Shown here one piece after another: positions 38,079 to 51,445 of a stretch of 64,000 nt of DNA. The position numbers were made by a program, and so were the translations under genes. Below the pieces are notes generated by a model that worked only from the letters and a program-made list of their open reading frames with translations, did no database searches and was not told the DNA's origin. Positions within the stretch are counted from its first letter, which is position 1. Each line of letters opens with the position of its first letter. The DNA comes from Octopus sinensis (taxonomy: Eukaryota). The stretch covers positions 49,662,001 to 49,726,000 of the forward strand of contig NC_043003.1 of NCBI RefSeq assembly GCF_006345805.1, written 5' to 3'.

Positions 38079-38219
38079 CACACATACATACATATATATA
38101 CATATACATATATATATGTTTATACATATATACATATATATATTCACATACAATAATAATATTAGGGAGTATAACTCGAAACTTACACACACACATATAT
38201 ATATACACACATATATATA

Positions 38220-38262
<43 letters not shown>

Positions 38263-38371
38263 CTTAAAGTAGAAGGGAAAAATAAACAACATCCAGATGA
38301 AAACTCCTCATACCTTTTGTCTTTCTCTCTCTATCTATTTACCTATCTATCTATCTTTATATATTTATGAC

Positions 38372-38557
38372 CATGTGTGTACCATTGGCGATTTTTTTTC
38401 ACTCCGTCTTCCCTTCACTGGATCTTTCCTTTTCCTATGTTTCTGATGAAGTGCTCCACTCAAAACGTTAAACCCTCCTTCTTCCCTTCCTTCCTGAGCA
38501 TCCAATAATACTATATTTATTGCACATCCTCACGTTGTTGTGTTTTCATGTTTGGAT

Positions 38558-38562
<5 letters not shown>
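38372..38562 (+). mobile_element. Short hammerhead-bearing element ending in (TA)n
   Basis: Motif at 38439-38473: gttt-CTGATGA-a-gtgc-tcc-actc-AAAAC-GTT-aaac; homologous to 25700-25915. Confidence 0.6.
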
Positions 38563-38602
<40 letters not shown>

Positions 38603-39039
38603 CATCTATTCCAGCTTGTAAATGATACCTTTTTTATCAACCCCAAAAGGACGAAAGGCAACAGCGACCTCAGTGGAATTTAAACTCAGAACGTATCGGC
38701 AGACAAAATACCATTAAGCATTTTGCTTGGCATGCTAACGATTCTGCCAGCTTGCCACCCTAATAGAAATAGGAAATATTGTTTCCTCCAGAGCCCTTGA
38801 TGAATAAAAACCAGTTATCTTAGAATAGTTTTGGGTTTTAGGAATTACTTAGAATTACTGTAAAATATATGAAGTAAAAGATGCTTTAGTAGACAACACT
38901 TGCCTCAAATGGCACACAGTGGGTCTGAACCCAAGACCACAAGGTTTTGAAATGAACTTTCTAACCGCATAACCATATATCCGTATATAACATGAGTGTG
39001 TTATGAATGTAAGCGCACACGTGTGTGGGGGGAGGGTTG

Positions 39040-39530
39040 TGTGTGTGTATGTCTGTGTGCATGAGAGTGTCTGTGTGTTTGTGTGTATGTGTGTGTGCAT
39101 GAGAGTGTCTGTGTGTTTGTGTATATGTGTGTGTGTGCATGAGAGTGTCTGTGTGTTTGTGCATGTGAGTGAGTGTGTGTATGTGCATGTGTGTGTGTGT
39201 TTGTGTATGGGTATGTGTGTTTGTGTGTGCATGAGGTGTGTATGTGTGTGTGTGTGGGAGGGGTTGTGTGTGCATGAGAATGTGTGTATGTGCTTGTGTG
39301 TGTGTGTGTATGTGTGTATGTGTGTATGTGTGTGTGTGTGTATACACGTGTTGCTTCTTTTCTACCCATAAACTTTTTGGCACATGTAACATATCACATA
39401 TATGTGATATGTTGCATGTGTGCATGCATGTGTGTGTGTGTGCTTGAGTGAATGTGTGTGAGCATGAGCAAGAGAGAGAGAGAGAGAGAGAGAGAGTGTG
39501 TGTGTGTTTGTGTGTGTGTGTGCATGTATG
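39040..39530. repeat. Compound (GT)n/(GA)n microsatellite
   Basis: Directly visible. Confidence 0.9.
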
Positions 39531-41139
39531 CATATATATTACTTCTTTTCCTCCTATAAACCCCTTATTCATATAACCTCTATCACTCCGCTATACATAG
39601 GAATTACATCCAAACAACCAAAACCATCAAATCCATGTTCGCATGGCAGAGAAAAGAAATAAGTACTAAAACCAAATGAACATTCTTCTTCCTCATTTAT
39701 TTGCCAAATTACTTTTACTTATTTTTTTCATCCTATTTTTATCCCATTGTTTTTTTTTTAAATCTATCACTTTCATAGGAAACAAAACAAAAACACACAC
39801 ACGAAAAATACATAAAAAAACAACAAAAATAAAAACCACACGCAATAATATAAAATATAGAATTCTATTTTCTCCTATTTTCTTAAACAAGTAGTGTTTC
39901 TGAGATGATGAACAAGATAAGTGACAAGTTCACATTTTCTATGTTGGATGGTGCAGAGGCAAAAATTTTGTTTTTAATGTAGAGACATAATGGAGGGGAA
40001 AAAAAAAGTGTTGGGTAGTAAGCAAAAAATTTTCAGAATATGGAATAGGATATTGACTTTTCTTACCAACTGTGTATCCTACCAGTAGCTCATATAATCA
40101 GAATACATAGAATCGTATAGCCTCAGGCAAATATCACAATTTTTTTTCTGCAACACCGACTCAACTTCCAATGAAGGGATATTCCTAAATGTTACATATG
40201 AGTAAGGAAAAAAATTTATAATTTCTTATATTCGCATGAAGATATAAAGTTTTAAAGTTACAGAAGATTAGCAAAAGTGCATTTCAAGTGCTGGTGTTCA
40301 TTCTGTAAATATGCGGCAGTGCGGTAAGAAATTTGCTTCATAAACTCATGGCTCTAGGTTCAATGCTACTCCATGCCATCCTGGGTGAGCATCTTCTTAT
40401 TTCTTTACTGCCCACAAGGGGCTACACGCAGAGGGGACAAACAAGGGCAGACAAATAGATTAAATCGATTATATCGACCCCCACCTTCCCCCAGTGCTCA
40501 ACTGGTGCCTTATTTTTTCAACCTTGAAAGGATGAAAAGCAAAGCTGACCTCTGTTGAATTTGAACTCAGAATGCAGACAAGCAAGCAAAATGAATAAGA
40601 ACAAATATCCTGTGAGGTATTTTCCCTTCAGGAGCTCTAGCAGCAAGGCTAATCTGTAGATGAACCACACTGTTGTGTATTAGTGACAAAATGATCCTTT
40701 CTACAAAAGGTATAAAGCCCTAAATTTTGGGTGAGTTGGGGGTTAGTTGTGTTGTGGCAAGAGTCACTGACACCCCTGTGGGAGTGGAAGAATGAACCAG
40801 CCGAACTCTTATAAAAAGTAGCATATTGGTTGAAACAGAGAAGTCGTAGGAGTCGTTGGGATCATTGAGATTTTGTATTTAGTGGAGTAATTTGATGTAC
40901 TTTGTGTAAAGACAGTTGTGTCTATCCCTGCTTTGGGAAATCCGTTTATCTATAAAAGGACATAAAAGTCGATTACACTGACCCTAGTGCATTACTGGTA
41001 CTTATTTCATCAACTCTGAAAGGATGAAAGACAAAGTTGACCTTGGTGGCATTTGAACTCAGAATGTAAAGATGGTGCAAAGCTGCTTATCAATTTGTCC
41101 TGTGTACTAACGATTTTACCCACTCACTGCCTTATATCA

Positions 41140-41335
41140 TCATCATCATCATCTTTTAACATCCGTTTTCCGTACTAGAACTGGTTGGACGGTTCGACTG
41201 GGGTCTGGGAAGCCAGAAGGCTGCACCAGGCTCCAGTCTGATCTGGCAGTGTTTCTACAGCTGGATGCCCTTCCTAACGCCAACCACTCCGTAAGTGTAG
41301 TGGGTGCTTTTTACGTGCCACCAGCACAGTTATGT
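41140..41335 (-). mobile_element. RTE LINE 3' UTR fragment (second copy at 41523-41660)
   Basis: (CAT)n...GGTTGGACGGTTCGAC.GGGGT.CTGGGAAGCCAGAAGGCTGCACCAGGCTCC. Confidence 0.75.
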
Positions 41336-41488
41336 GCCAATAATGAGTTCAAATAATAAAAACTGGATTTGTTATTACAAATGTCATGAGTAATACAGAG
41401 TATTGTTTCTTATTCCACTATAGCCCTGGGCTGAACATTAAATGGATCTGTGAATGAATTTGACAGATAGAAACTAAAAGGAGCCTGT

Positions 41489-41525
<37 letters not shown>

Positions 41526-42404
41526 TCATCGTCGTTTAACGTCCGTTCTCCATGCTAGCATGGGTTGGACGGTTCGACCGGGGTTCTGGGAAGCCAGAAG
41601 GCTGCACCAGGCTCCAGTCTAATTTGGCAATGTTTCTACAGCTGGATGCCCTTCCTATATATATATGTGGGGGGGGGTCTGTATGTGTATATGTGTCTGT
41701 GTGTGTTTGTGTGTGTTTCTGCTTTTGTCCTATCACCACTTGACTACTGGTGTTAGTTTGTTTATATCCCTGTAACTTAGCAGTTTAGCAAAAGAAACTA
41801 ATATAATGAGTGCCAGACTTTAACAATATATGAATACTGGGGGTGATTTCTTTAACTAAATCCTTAGAGGTGGTGCCCCAGAATGGCCACAGACTGAAAC
41901 AACTAAAAAACAATGCTAAAAGATATCTGATATGTTGGTGAATGCGATTTATTATATTTAATACAGTCAATATGAAATCTACTTAGCAATACCAAGCAGT
42001 GGAAAAAATGATATTAGCTTAATGACTAATTTTAATCATTTACTGAACTAATTAAAATAATTAGTCATTGAGCTAATGTAATCTTTTTCTCACTGCCTAA
42101 TTATTTCTAATTAGTTTTTAGGTGCTTAATAAATTAAATATGCTAACACTAATTCAGCTTTTGTTTTTCATGTTGACAGCATATTTGAGTAATAAACTTC
42201 AATGTTTTAATTAGTAATAACGATTATTTTACTGAGATAGAAGGCCTTAAATTTGCAAGGAAGGAGAACGAGATTAGGTGATGTCCATGGGTTTTATAAT
42301 GCATTAGCATGGTTGTGGTGGCAGCGGTTAGTCTCATGGGAAGACCATTAATAATTCAGTCTCTTTTTGATTTAGATGGAGAAAATGCGCTGTTGCTTAC
42401 TCCA

Positions 42405-42790
42405 GGTGTTGGAGTGGCTGTGTGATAAGTAGCTTGCTTACAAACCACATGGTTCTGGGTTCAGTCCCACAGTGTGGCATCTTGGGCAAGTGTCTTCTAC
42501 TATAGCCTCATGCCGACTAAAGCCTTGTGAGTGGATTTGGTAGATGGAAACTGAAAGAAGCCCATCGTATATATGTATATATATATATATGTGTGTGTGT
42601 GTCTGTGTGTGTGTGTATGTGTGTGTGTGTATGTGTTTGTGTGTCTGTGTTTGTCCCAGCGGTTTGGCAAAAGAGACCAATAGAATAAGTACTAGGCTTA
42701 CAAAGAATAAGTCCTGGGGTCGATTTGCTCAACTAAAGGCAGTGCTCCAGCATGGCCACAGTCAAGTGACTGAAACAAGCAAAAGAGTAA
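42405..42790 (+). mobile_element. CORE-type SINE with an internal deletion in the tail half
   Basis: Same family as 17465-17872. Confidence 0.8.
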
Positions 42791-42892
42791 ACCCACAAGA
42801 GGGCTTGAACTCTGCATGGCAAACGAACAAAATCTTCATCAGTTTTACTGTACTTCAACTGGTTATGAAAGTGAATAGCATGTATACACCCA

Positions 42893-43330
42893 GCCATCAT
42901 CATCATCATCATCTTCATTATCGTTATTGTTGTCATCATCATCATCGTATCATTGGCATGATCATGAACATCATTGATGTCATTGTCGTCATCATTGGCG
43001 TCATCATCATGATCATTACTGTCATCATCATTGTCATCATCATTGGCATCATCCTCATCATTGTTGTTGTCGTCGTCGTCATCATCAGCAGCAGCAGCAT
43101 CATCATCATAGTCGTCATCATCATCATTGCTGTCATCGTTGTCGTCATCATCATCATCATCATCATTGTCATCATCATAGTCATCATCATCGTCATCATC
43201 ATCAATATCATTTAACACCCAGTTCTTCATGTTGGTATGGGGTGGATGATTCAGCTGGAGAGCTGCCCAGTCTCTATCTGTCTGTTTTGTCATGGTTTCT
43301 ATGGCTGGATGCCCTTCCTAATGCCAAGAG
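42893..43330 (-). repeat. RTE-type 3' terminus with an expanded mixed (GAT/GAC) tail
   Basis: ~320-bp CAT/CGT/CAG array abutting TTTAACACCC...CATG..GG.ATGGG...TTTCTATGGCTGGATGCCCTTCC. Confidence 0.75.
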
Positions 43331-43599
43331 TAAAATATTTTTGTTCATTTTCATTATCACTTAGCAGAAGGAATTCCATGAACATAACCTGTATTAGTGC
43401 CTCCAAGAGTGGCAAGAAGAGAAGAAAAGTTATCTGCAACCCAGAGCCCTGGTTCACATGCAACAAGGGTAACTCTAGTAAAGGCACCTAAAGGTCATGT
43501 ATTGGTGTTACACCAGCGGATAGATTAAATTTTGTGTGATGATGACAGAATATGAAGAATGAAAATCCCTACTAATTTTTCCTCTGCTGGTTTGATTTA

Positions 43600-44210
43600 T
43601 TTATTTCTTTATTGCCCACAAGGGGCTAAACATATAGGGGAACAAACAAAGACAGACAAAGGGATTAAGTCGATTACATCGACTCCAGTATGTAACTGGT
43701 ACTTATTTAATTGATCCTGAAAGGATGACAGGTAAAGTCGACCTCAGCAGAATTTGAACCCAGAACATAATGGCAGATGAAATACCGCTAAACATTTCAC
43801 CCGGTGTGCTAATGATTCTGACAGCTTGCTGCCTTAATAATAATTATAATACTTCCTATTAGAAGCACAATGCCTCAAATTTGGGGGAAGGGACTAAGTC
43901 AATTGCATCAACTCCAGTGCGTAACTGGTACTTATTTAATCGACCCCGAAAGGATGAAAGGCAAAGTCAACCTCGGCAGAATTTGAACTCAGAACATAAT
44001 GGCAGACGAATATTGTTATGCATTTCAGCCGGTGTGCTAATGATTCTGCCAGGTCGCCACCTTAACAATAATAATTATAATCCTGTCTACTGGAAGCACA
44101 AGGCCACAACTTTGGGTGAAGGGACTACATCAATTACATTGTCTCCAGTGTGTAACTGGCATTGTTATGCATTTTGCCTGGTGTGCTAACGATTCTGCCA
44201 ACTTGCTGCC
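43600..44210 (-). mobile_element. Head-to-tail train of three tRNA-derived SINEs
   Basis: Copies at ~43600-43835, 43836-44062 and 44063-44210, joined by AATAATAATTATAAT linkers. Confidence 0.8.
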
Positions 44211-44459
44211 TTGCTTGCTTGATTTATTGACCAAGAGTCTCTCACAGCAACTATATAAAAAATGAAATGTTTTTTACATACATACACTGTGCTTCTTTCC
44301 TGCTCTCAATGCTTTGATCAGTCTGGGTCAAGACACCTAAGCTGTCATTCAGTAGGTTTGAAACTGAATCCATGTAGTTGGGAAGCAAGCTTCTTACAAC
44401 ACAGCCAAACCTGCAACAACCAAGAGCATTATTTCAGTTATCTCCTACAAATTGTATAT

Positions 44460-44487
44460 CATCATCATCATTATCATCATCATCATC

Positions 44488-44533
<46 letters not shown>

Positions 44534-44870
44534 TTAACGTCTGTTGTCCATGCTGGCATGGGTTGGACAGTTTGACTGGGCTGGCATGCTGGAGGGCTGG
44601 ACCAGGCTCCTGTATGATTTGGCATGGTTTTCTATGGCTGGATGCCCTTTCCAATGCCAACCTTTCCGAGAGTATAATGCGTGCTTTAACGTGCCACCAG
44701 CACAAGTGCCATTTGCATGACACTGGTATCTGTCATGATGACTGCAATTTTGATTGATGAGTCTTCTCAAACAGGACATAATGTCAAAGGTCTTGGTCAT
44801 TCCCTCCATAAGGCCCAACACTCAAAAGGAGCTCAGCCACTTTGCCTCTATGAGGCCCAACACTCAACCA
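44460..44870 (-). mobile_element. RTE LINE 3' end with (GAT)n tail
   Basis: (CAT)n-TTTAACGTCTG...GGCTGGATGCCCTTTCC...CATAAGGCCCAACACTC, as at 7740-7770. Confidence 0.7.
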
Positions 44871-44990
44871 TATTGATAATTATTGTAAAATTAATTATTT
44901 TCCTAATAAGGTATGAACTCATGATCCTAAAGTCAAATAAACTAATACATTAGCATCACAATGTATATTCTTTCATAACTATATGGAACC

Positions 44991-45097
<107 letters not shown>

Positions 45098-45954
45098 GTG
45101 TGTGTATGTGTGTGTGTATGTGTATATATATATATGTATATATATCAGGAGAACTTCAATTCAGACATTTTTGCAAAGGCTATGTATATAATGTAATATG
45201 TATGAAATAAGATTTATGAACAAGAACAGAATTATATTTCCCTGTGCTCTATTTGATGACAGAATAAGTTTATTTCTATTTTGGAACACTGTACTCACGC
45301 CTTTGTATCAGTATAATACCAGTGTTATCTGTCTGTTATATAGCATTCGTGTGTTACACTGTTTTGTGCATCGGCATATTTGTGTGTTGGTTTTTGTCAA
45401 GAAAACCACTTACAGCTTGCATTCAATCTTTTGAAATTGTAATCTTGCAATAAAATTTATGATGAGAGCAGGAATTTCCATTGTGTTATTACATTTTTTT
45501 TTATTAAAAATTTTCTTTTTTGTTATTTTGTTGCTTCTGCTTTTTGTTTTTGTTTTTTTTTCTTTTAATATTTTTATTACTCTTTTGAGAATATATTTTG
45601 GTCTTTACAGTCAACAATTTTAGCAGGAATTTGAAAGTACAATTTCATTAATGGAATAATCCTAACCAATTTCCAAAATACATGTAGTTTTATTTTACAT
45701 AAGTATCTATACATATGCATCACATTCTCCCCACCTCATCTCTCTCTTTCTCTACATGTCTGTCTGTCTATCTATGTATCTATCTACCTATCTATATGTG
45801 TGTATGTCTGTATATGCGTGTGTGCGCATGTGTGTGTGTTAGTATGTATGTACATATATCATCATTATCATTAGCCTATAAATATATATATATGTATATA
45901 TATATGTATATATGTATATATATATATATATGTGTATATGTATATGTATATAAG

Positions 45955-46015
<61 letters not shown>

Positions 46016-46202
46016 ATATATATTATACATATACATGCACACACACACATCCTTACACACACATAAATTCTCTCTCACACATGCATACACACACACACAC
46101 ACCTACATTTGTATGTATGTATTTATATATTTTATATACACACACATACATACATACATATATATATATATATGTATATATGTATATATATATGTATATA
46201 TA

Positions 46203-46236
<34 letters not shown>

Positions 46237-46380
46237 GTATATGTATATAAGTATATATATATATATTATATATATATATATATATTATATATATATATAT
46301 GTGTGTGTGTGTGTATATATATTATACATATACATGCACACACACACATCCTTACACACACATAAATTCTCTCTCACACA

Positions 46381-46831
46381 TGCATACACAAATATATTTA
46401 TCCATCTCTGTGTGTATGTGTGCATATGTGTGTATCTTATCTACATACATCTTTCTCTCTCTCGCACACATGCATACACAAATATATTTATCCATCTCTG
46501 TGTGTATGTGTGCATATGTGTGTATCTTATCTACATACATCTTTCTCTCTCTCGCACACATGCATACACAAATATATTTATCCATCTCTGTGTGTATGTG
46601 TGCATATGTGTGTATCTTATCTACATACATCTTTCTCTCTCTCGCACACATGCATACACAAATATATTTATCCATCTCTGTGTGTATGTGTGCATATGTG
46701 TGTATCTTTATCTACATACATCTTTCTCTCTCTCGCACACATGCATACACAAATATATTTATCCATCTCTGTGTGTATGTGTGCATATGTGTGTATCTTA
46801 TCTACATACATCTTTCTCTCTCTCGCACACA
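46381..46831. repeat. 90-bp tandem array, 5 near-identical units
   Basis: TGCATACACAAATATATTTATCC... starts at 46381, 46471, 46561, 46651 and 46742. Confidence 0.9.
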
Positions 46832-46903
46832 TGCATACACACACACACACACCTACATTTGTATGTATGTATTTATATATTTTATATACACACACATACA
46901 TAC

Positions 46904-46955
<52 letters not shown>

Positions 46956-46972
46956 GTATATATATATACACA

Positions 46973-47300
46973 TATATAAATTAGAAAAAAAACACCTTTT
47001 ATCAATTCAAAATGAACAATTAAATTACACCTTCTAGAAAATTACATATAATAAAAATATTAAAAATAAAATAACAATAATATAATAATGATAAAGTAAA
47101 TTGCAAAATAATAAAAACGTATATATTATTATATAAACGTTTTTATTATTATTTTATTATTATTTTGCAATTTACTTAATCATTGGTATATTATTGTTAT
47201 ATTATTTTTAATATTTTTATTATATGTAATTTTCTAGATGGTGTAATTTAATTGTTCATTTTGAATTGATAAAAGGTGGGTTTTTTTCTAATTTTTATAT
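46973..47300. repeat. Imperfect AT-rich fold-back with ~150-bp arms
   Basis: AATTAGAAAAAAAACACCTTTTATCAATTCAAAATGAAC... versus ...GTTCATTTTGAATTGATAAAAGGTGGGTTTTTTTTCTAATT. Confidence 0.85.
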
Positions 47301-47568
47301 ATATGTTATATTTTGTGAAATTTGATTTAGTATTTCTAAATTGAATTTTTACCTGTAAGTTAGGAATAATTTTCCCTTAAATAATTATTATTCATATATA
47401 TATATATAAATATATATAAGCGAAAATGCACATTGGAAATCAAAAAAATGTAAAGGCTCTTTATGAAAAGTAATGATAGATAGATACAGTTAGATGAACT
47501 GAGGTAGGAATAAAAGTAACAAATATATATTTATATACACACACATACATACATATATATATATATAA

Positions 47569-47599
<31 letters not shown>

Positions 47600-47886
47600 G
47601 TATACACGACGGGCTTCTTTCAGTTTCTGTCTACCAAATCCACTCTCAAGGCTTTGGTCAGTCTGAACCTATAGTAGAAGACATTTGTCCAAGGTGCCAC
47701 TAAGTAGGAATAAACCTGGAACCATGTGGTTCGTAAGCTAGCTACTTACCACACAGCCACATGTATACTGTGTATATATATATATATATATAAAGAAATA
47801 CACACACACACACACAACACACAGAGGAAAATGCATGCATGTGTGTGCATATATACCTAGTTATGTAATTTTGTATGCACACACAT

Positions 47887-47921
<35 letters not shown>

Positions 47922-48028
47922 CACATTTTCCACTAAAAATTATCACGCTTTTTGATGATTTATGATATGTTACCGTCAAGTGCACGTGTATCTATTAACT
48001 ACATATCTATAAAATGATACAAACACAC

Positions 48029-48062
<34 letters not shown>

Positions 48063-48229
48063 GCACACACACATTAGGTGTTTGGTGTCCATTATCTCTG
48101 ATGTAGATGTGTGTATGTTTGTTTGTGTGTTTGTGCCTTTCTACTTTATCATCTCCTTAGAAGTGTTGTGGTGTATTCCCAAAGGCAGTTAGCAGAAAGG
48201 TAATCATATCTAAGTACCTGGTGCCTCTT

Positions 48230-48508
48230 AATAATAATAATCATGATTATTATTATTATTTTTATTATTGTTGCTGTTGTTGTTGTTGTTGTTGTTGTAA
48301 TTTGTTTCTGATCCACTGTGCATTGAAGTATGTTTAGCATCATTTCACTAAAGCCCATGACAGCTGCTGCTGCTATTAGCACCACCGCCGCCACCACCAC
48401 CACCACCACCACCATTATCACCATTACCACTACCACCACCAGTAATATCACCACCACCAAAACCACCACCACCACCACCACCGCCACCACCACCACCACC
48501 ACCACCAA

Positions 48509-48552
<44 letters not shown>

Positions 48553-48555
48553 TAT
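48230..48555. repeat. Compound trinucleotide arrays (AAT/TTG/ACC/ACT)
   Basis: Directly visible. Confidence 0.9.
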
Positions 48556-48974
48556 TGACATTCCACACTGAATTTGAAAGTGAAAAATGCTATGTTGCCA
48601 CCTCACAAACAATATTAGAGTTGTTGTTGCTGTTGATGTTATTTAGCCCTAGGTCTCTACAATGACCATCTCATTTTTCTTTCAAGCAAGCACAATCTAT
48701 CTAGAATCACATTATCCAATGTAATCTTTCCTCGTTTTTCTCGTTTTTCTCTTTTTTTCAAAAAGCAGCAAGCGTGTTTTGAAGAGAATTCAGTGTCTAT
48801 TTTCCTGCATACAAGTCAGGCTAAAATTTGCTATCAAAAAGTAAATGGTGGACCAACATATGCACCAGGGCAACCTTGGAGGACCAAAACCTCCATGTGA
48901 AATGCAGCAGGATTTGGAGAAGTAGTGATGAAGTTTGAATGTTTAAACATGTTTATACTGTATATTAAACATGG

Positions 48975-49225
48975 AGGTGTGTGTGTGGTTTAGTGGTTAG
49001 GGTGCCTGACTCATGATTGTAAGATTGTGGTTTCAGTTCCTGAGCCAGGTGATGTGTTTTGTTCTTGAGCAAAATACTTCATTTCATGTTGCTCCAGTCC
49101 ACTCAGCTAGCAAAAGCGAGTAATCCTGTGACAAACTAGCATCCCATCCAGGTGCAGAATATGCAGGCCATGAAACTGGGAAACCAGTCCTTGTGAACTG
49201 GCATGGTTCGAGAAGGTAACTTTAG
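48975..49225 (+). mobile_element. tRNA-derived SINE, sibling of 28515-28760
   Basis: GGTTTAGTGGTTAGGGTG...GGTTTCAGTTCC...CCTGTGACAAACTAGCATCCCATCCAG. Confidence 0.6.
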
Positions 49226-49239
49226 CTTTGCCTTTATAT

Positions 49240-49606
49240 CAGGGCCGTGGAGTTAGAATCGTGGAGTCGGTGTTGGAGTCATGGAGTTGGAGTCAAAATC
49301 AGAAATATTTAAGGGGTAGCTGGAGTCAGGGTTGGTAAAGCCATACCAACTCCAACTCACAATGTCTTTATTCTTTAATATAAACCAGTTATAACATATA
49401 GGCCTACTCAAAGTACAAGTGTATGCATATGCTTTATGACATATGTAGACCACAATCACCTAATTGCATAAAGAGGATTTGGAGTCGGAGGTGCCAATAG
49501 TAGAGGAGTCAGAGTTACCAATAGTTGAGGAGTCAGAGTTGGAGGTGCCAATAGTAGAGGAATGAGAGCTGGAGTTGACGTTTTTTGTTTCAACTCCACA
49601 GCCCTG
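49240..49606. mobile_element. hAT-like MITE
   Basis: TIRs CAGGGCCGTGGAGTT and AACTCCACAGCCCTG (14/15); 8-bp flanks CTTTATAT and TTTTATAT (7/8); internal GGAGTC-based subrepeats. Confidence 0.75.
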
Positions 49607-49619
49607 TTTTATATACTTG

Positions 49620-49872
49620 TATGCTGGAAAATACGGTACTATTTTTATGTGCTGGTGACACATAAAAGACACCAGTGCCAGTAGCATGTAAAAGGCACTC
49701 ACTAGATTCTTGGAAGTGGTTGATGTTAGGAAGGGCATCCAGCTGTAGAAACCAAGCCAAAATCAGACTGGAACCAGAAACTGCTCTCTGACTTGCCAGT
49801 TCCAATCAGACTGTCTAACCCATGTCAGCATGGAAAGTGGATGCTAAATAATAAGGATGACGATGATGATGA
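49620..49872 (+). mobile_element. RTE LINE 3' UTR fragment
   Basis: GTTAGGAAGGGCATCCAGCTGTAGAAACC...CATGGAAAGTGGATG...GATGATGAT. Confidence 0.7.
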
Positions 49873-50049
49873 TTTCTAGCATAGAGCTCAAATTCCACAT
49901 AGAGTGGACAAACTTTGCCTTTCATCATTTCAGGGTCGATTGAATAAAGTACTTGCTGAGCGCAAGTGTTGCTGTAATTAACCAACACCTTCCTTCAAAA
50001 AACTGCTGGCCTTGTGCTAAAATTAGAATGTTATTATCATTAACAATGT

Positions 50050-50262
50050 GGCAAACTGGCAGAATTGTTAGCATGATGGATAAGAGGCTTAGCAGCTTTT
50101 TGTTCTTGTTTATGTTCCGAGTTCAAATTTCACCAAGGTTGACTTTGCCTTTCCTCTTTTTGGGGAGTCAATAAAATAAGTACCAGTTGTGCACTGAGGT
50201 CGATGTAATCAACTAGTGGCCTCCATCAAAATTGCAGGTCTTGTGCCTGTAGTAGAAAGGAT
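50050..50262 (+). mobile_element. tRNA-derived SINE of the train-forming family, forward orientation
   Basis: CTGGCAGAATTGTTAGC...GAGTTCAAATT...GACTTTGCCTTTC...GTCAATAAAATAAGTACCAG...GTAGAAAGGAT. Confidence 0.75.
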
Positions 50263-50769
50263 AAGTATTATTATTTTCAAAACTATTTTATTATATCCAT
50301 CCAACCCATGCCAGCATGTAAAAGCCCATGCTAGACAATGATGATGATGGTAGAGGTGGTGGGGTTGGTGGTGGTGATGGAGTGATGATGATGATGATGA
50401 TGACAACAACGATGATGATGGTGGAAGTGATGGTGATAATGATGATGATGATGCCTGTGCTGATTTGCATAGTTGCTTTACTTATCCCCTTTTGAAGAAG
50501 CATGGTTATTGCTGTAGTTGTCGTTGTTCCTATCATTTAACCCCAGATCAATCCCCACCACACACACACACACAAAGAGCTGAACCATTATAAGACGCCC
50601 TAGATTTGACCATTCAGTCGTATGCTATTTGGCTTTGCTTGCTGTTTCTATTTCGGTGGAATCTAGTTCCACATCACTACATTATCTAATGCATCCTTTC
50701 AAACATATTTAAGACAATAGGCTCAAATCCGAGGGGATGTTTGACTGCTATTTCTAAAGGATAGAAATA

Positions 50770-51164
50770 GTCCCACTGCGTGGCTTCTTGGGCAAGTGTC
50801 TTCTACTATAGCCTTGGGCCAACCAAAGCCTTGTGAGTCGATTTGGTAGACGGAAACTGAAAGAAGCCCATCATATATATGTATGTTTATATATATATAT
50901 ATATATGTTAGAAGAAATGAGGTACTTAGAAAATCGGATGGTTTATATTTACAGATATTTATTTGTATATTACATTTTTTATATATCATATAACTTAGAT
51001 CATGTATTAGCGCTTTCTCCCATTCTAGTGGGGTTTTCAAATCAAATTAAGTTCCTGTGTGAGGAGTTTTAACCATTTTATAGTGGTATTGAGTTTGTAG
51101 TGGTGGGGAGGAATATAAGACAGTACAAGAGGGTGATGGATGAGGAGAAAGTGAGAGAGAGAAC

Positions 51165-51233
<69 letters not shown>

Positions 51234-51445
51234 TGTATGTGTGTGTCTGTGTTTGTCCCCCCAACATCGCTTGACAACTGATGCTGGTGCGTTTACGTCC
51301 TGGTAACTTAGTGGTTTGGCAAAAGAGACCGATAGAATAAGTACTAGGCTTACAAAGTATAAGTCCTGGAGGTCGATTTGCTCAACTAAAGGCAGTGCTC
51401 CAGCATGGCCGCAGTCAAAATGACTGAAACAAGTAAAAGAGTAAA
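50770..51445 (+). mobile_element. CORE-type SINE split by a ~270-bp insertion in its internal (TA)n
   Basis: Head half at 50770-50880, tail half at 51240-51445, unrelated sequence at ~50905-51170. Confidence 0.7.

Noticed and set aside
48161-48199. 39-nt segment with good acceptor and donor
   Set aside because: Translations (KCCGVFPKAVSRK or SVVVYSQRQLAER) are not recognisable, and I cannot support it without RNA data.
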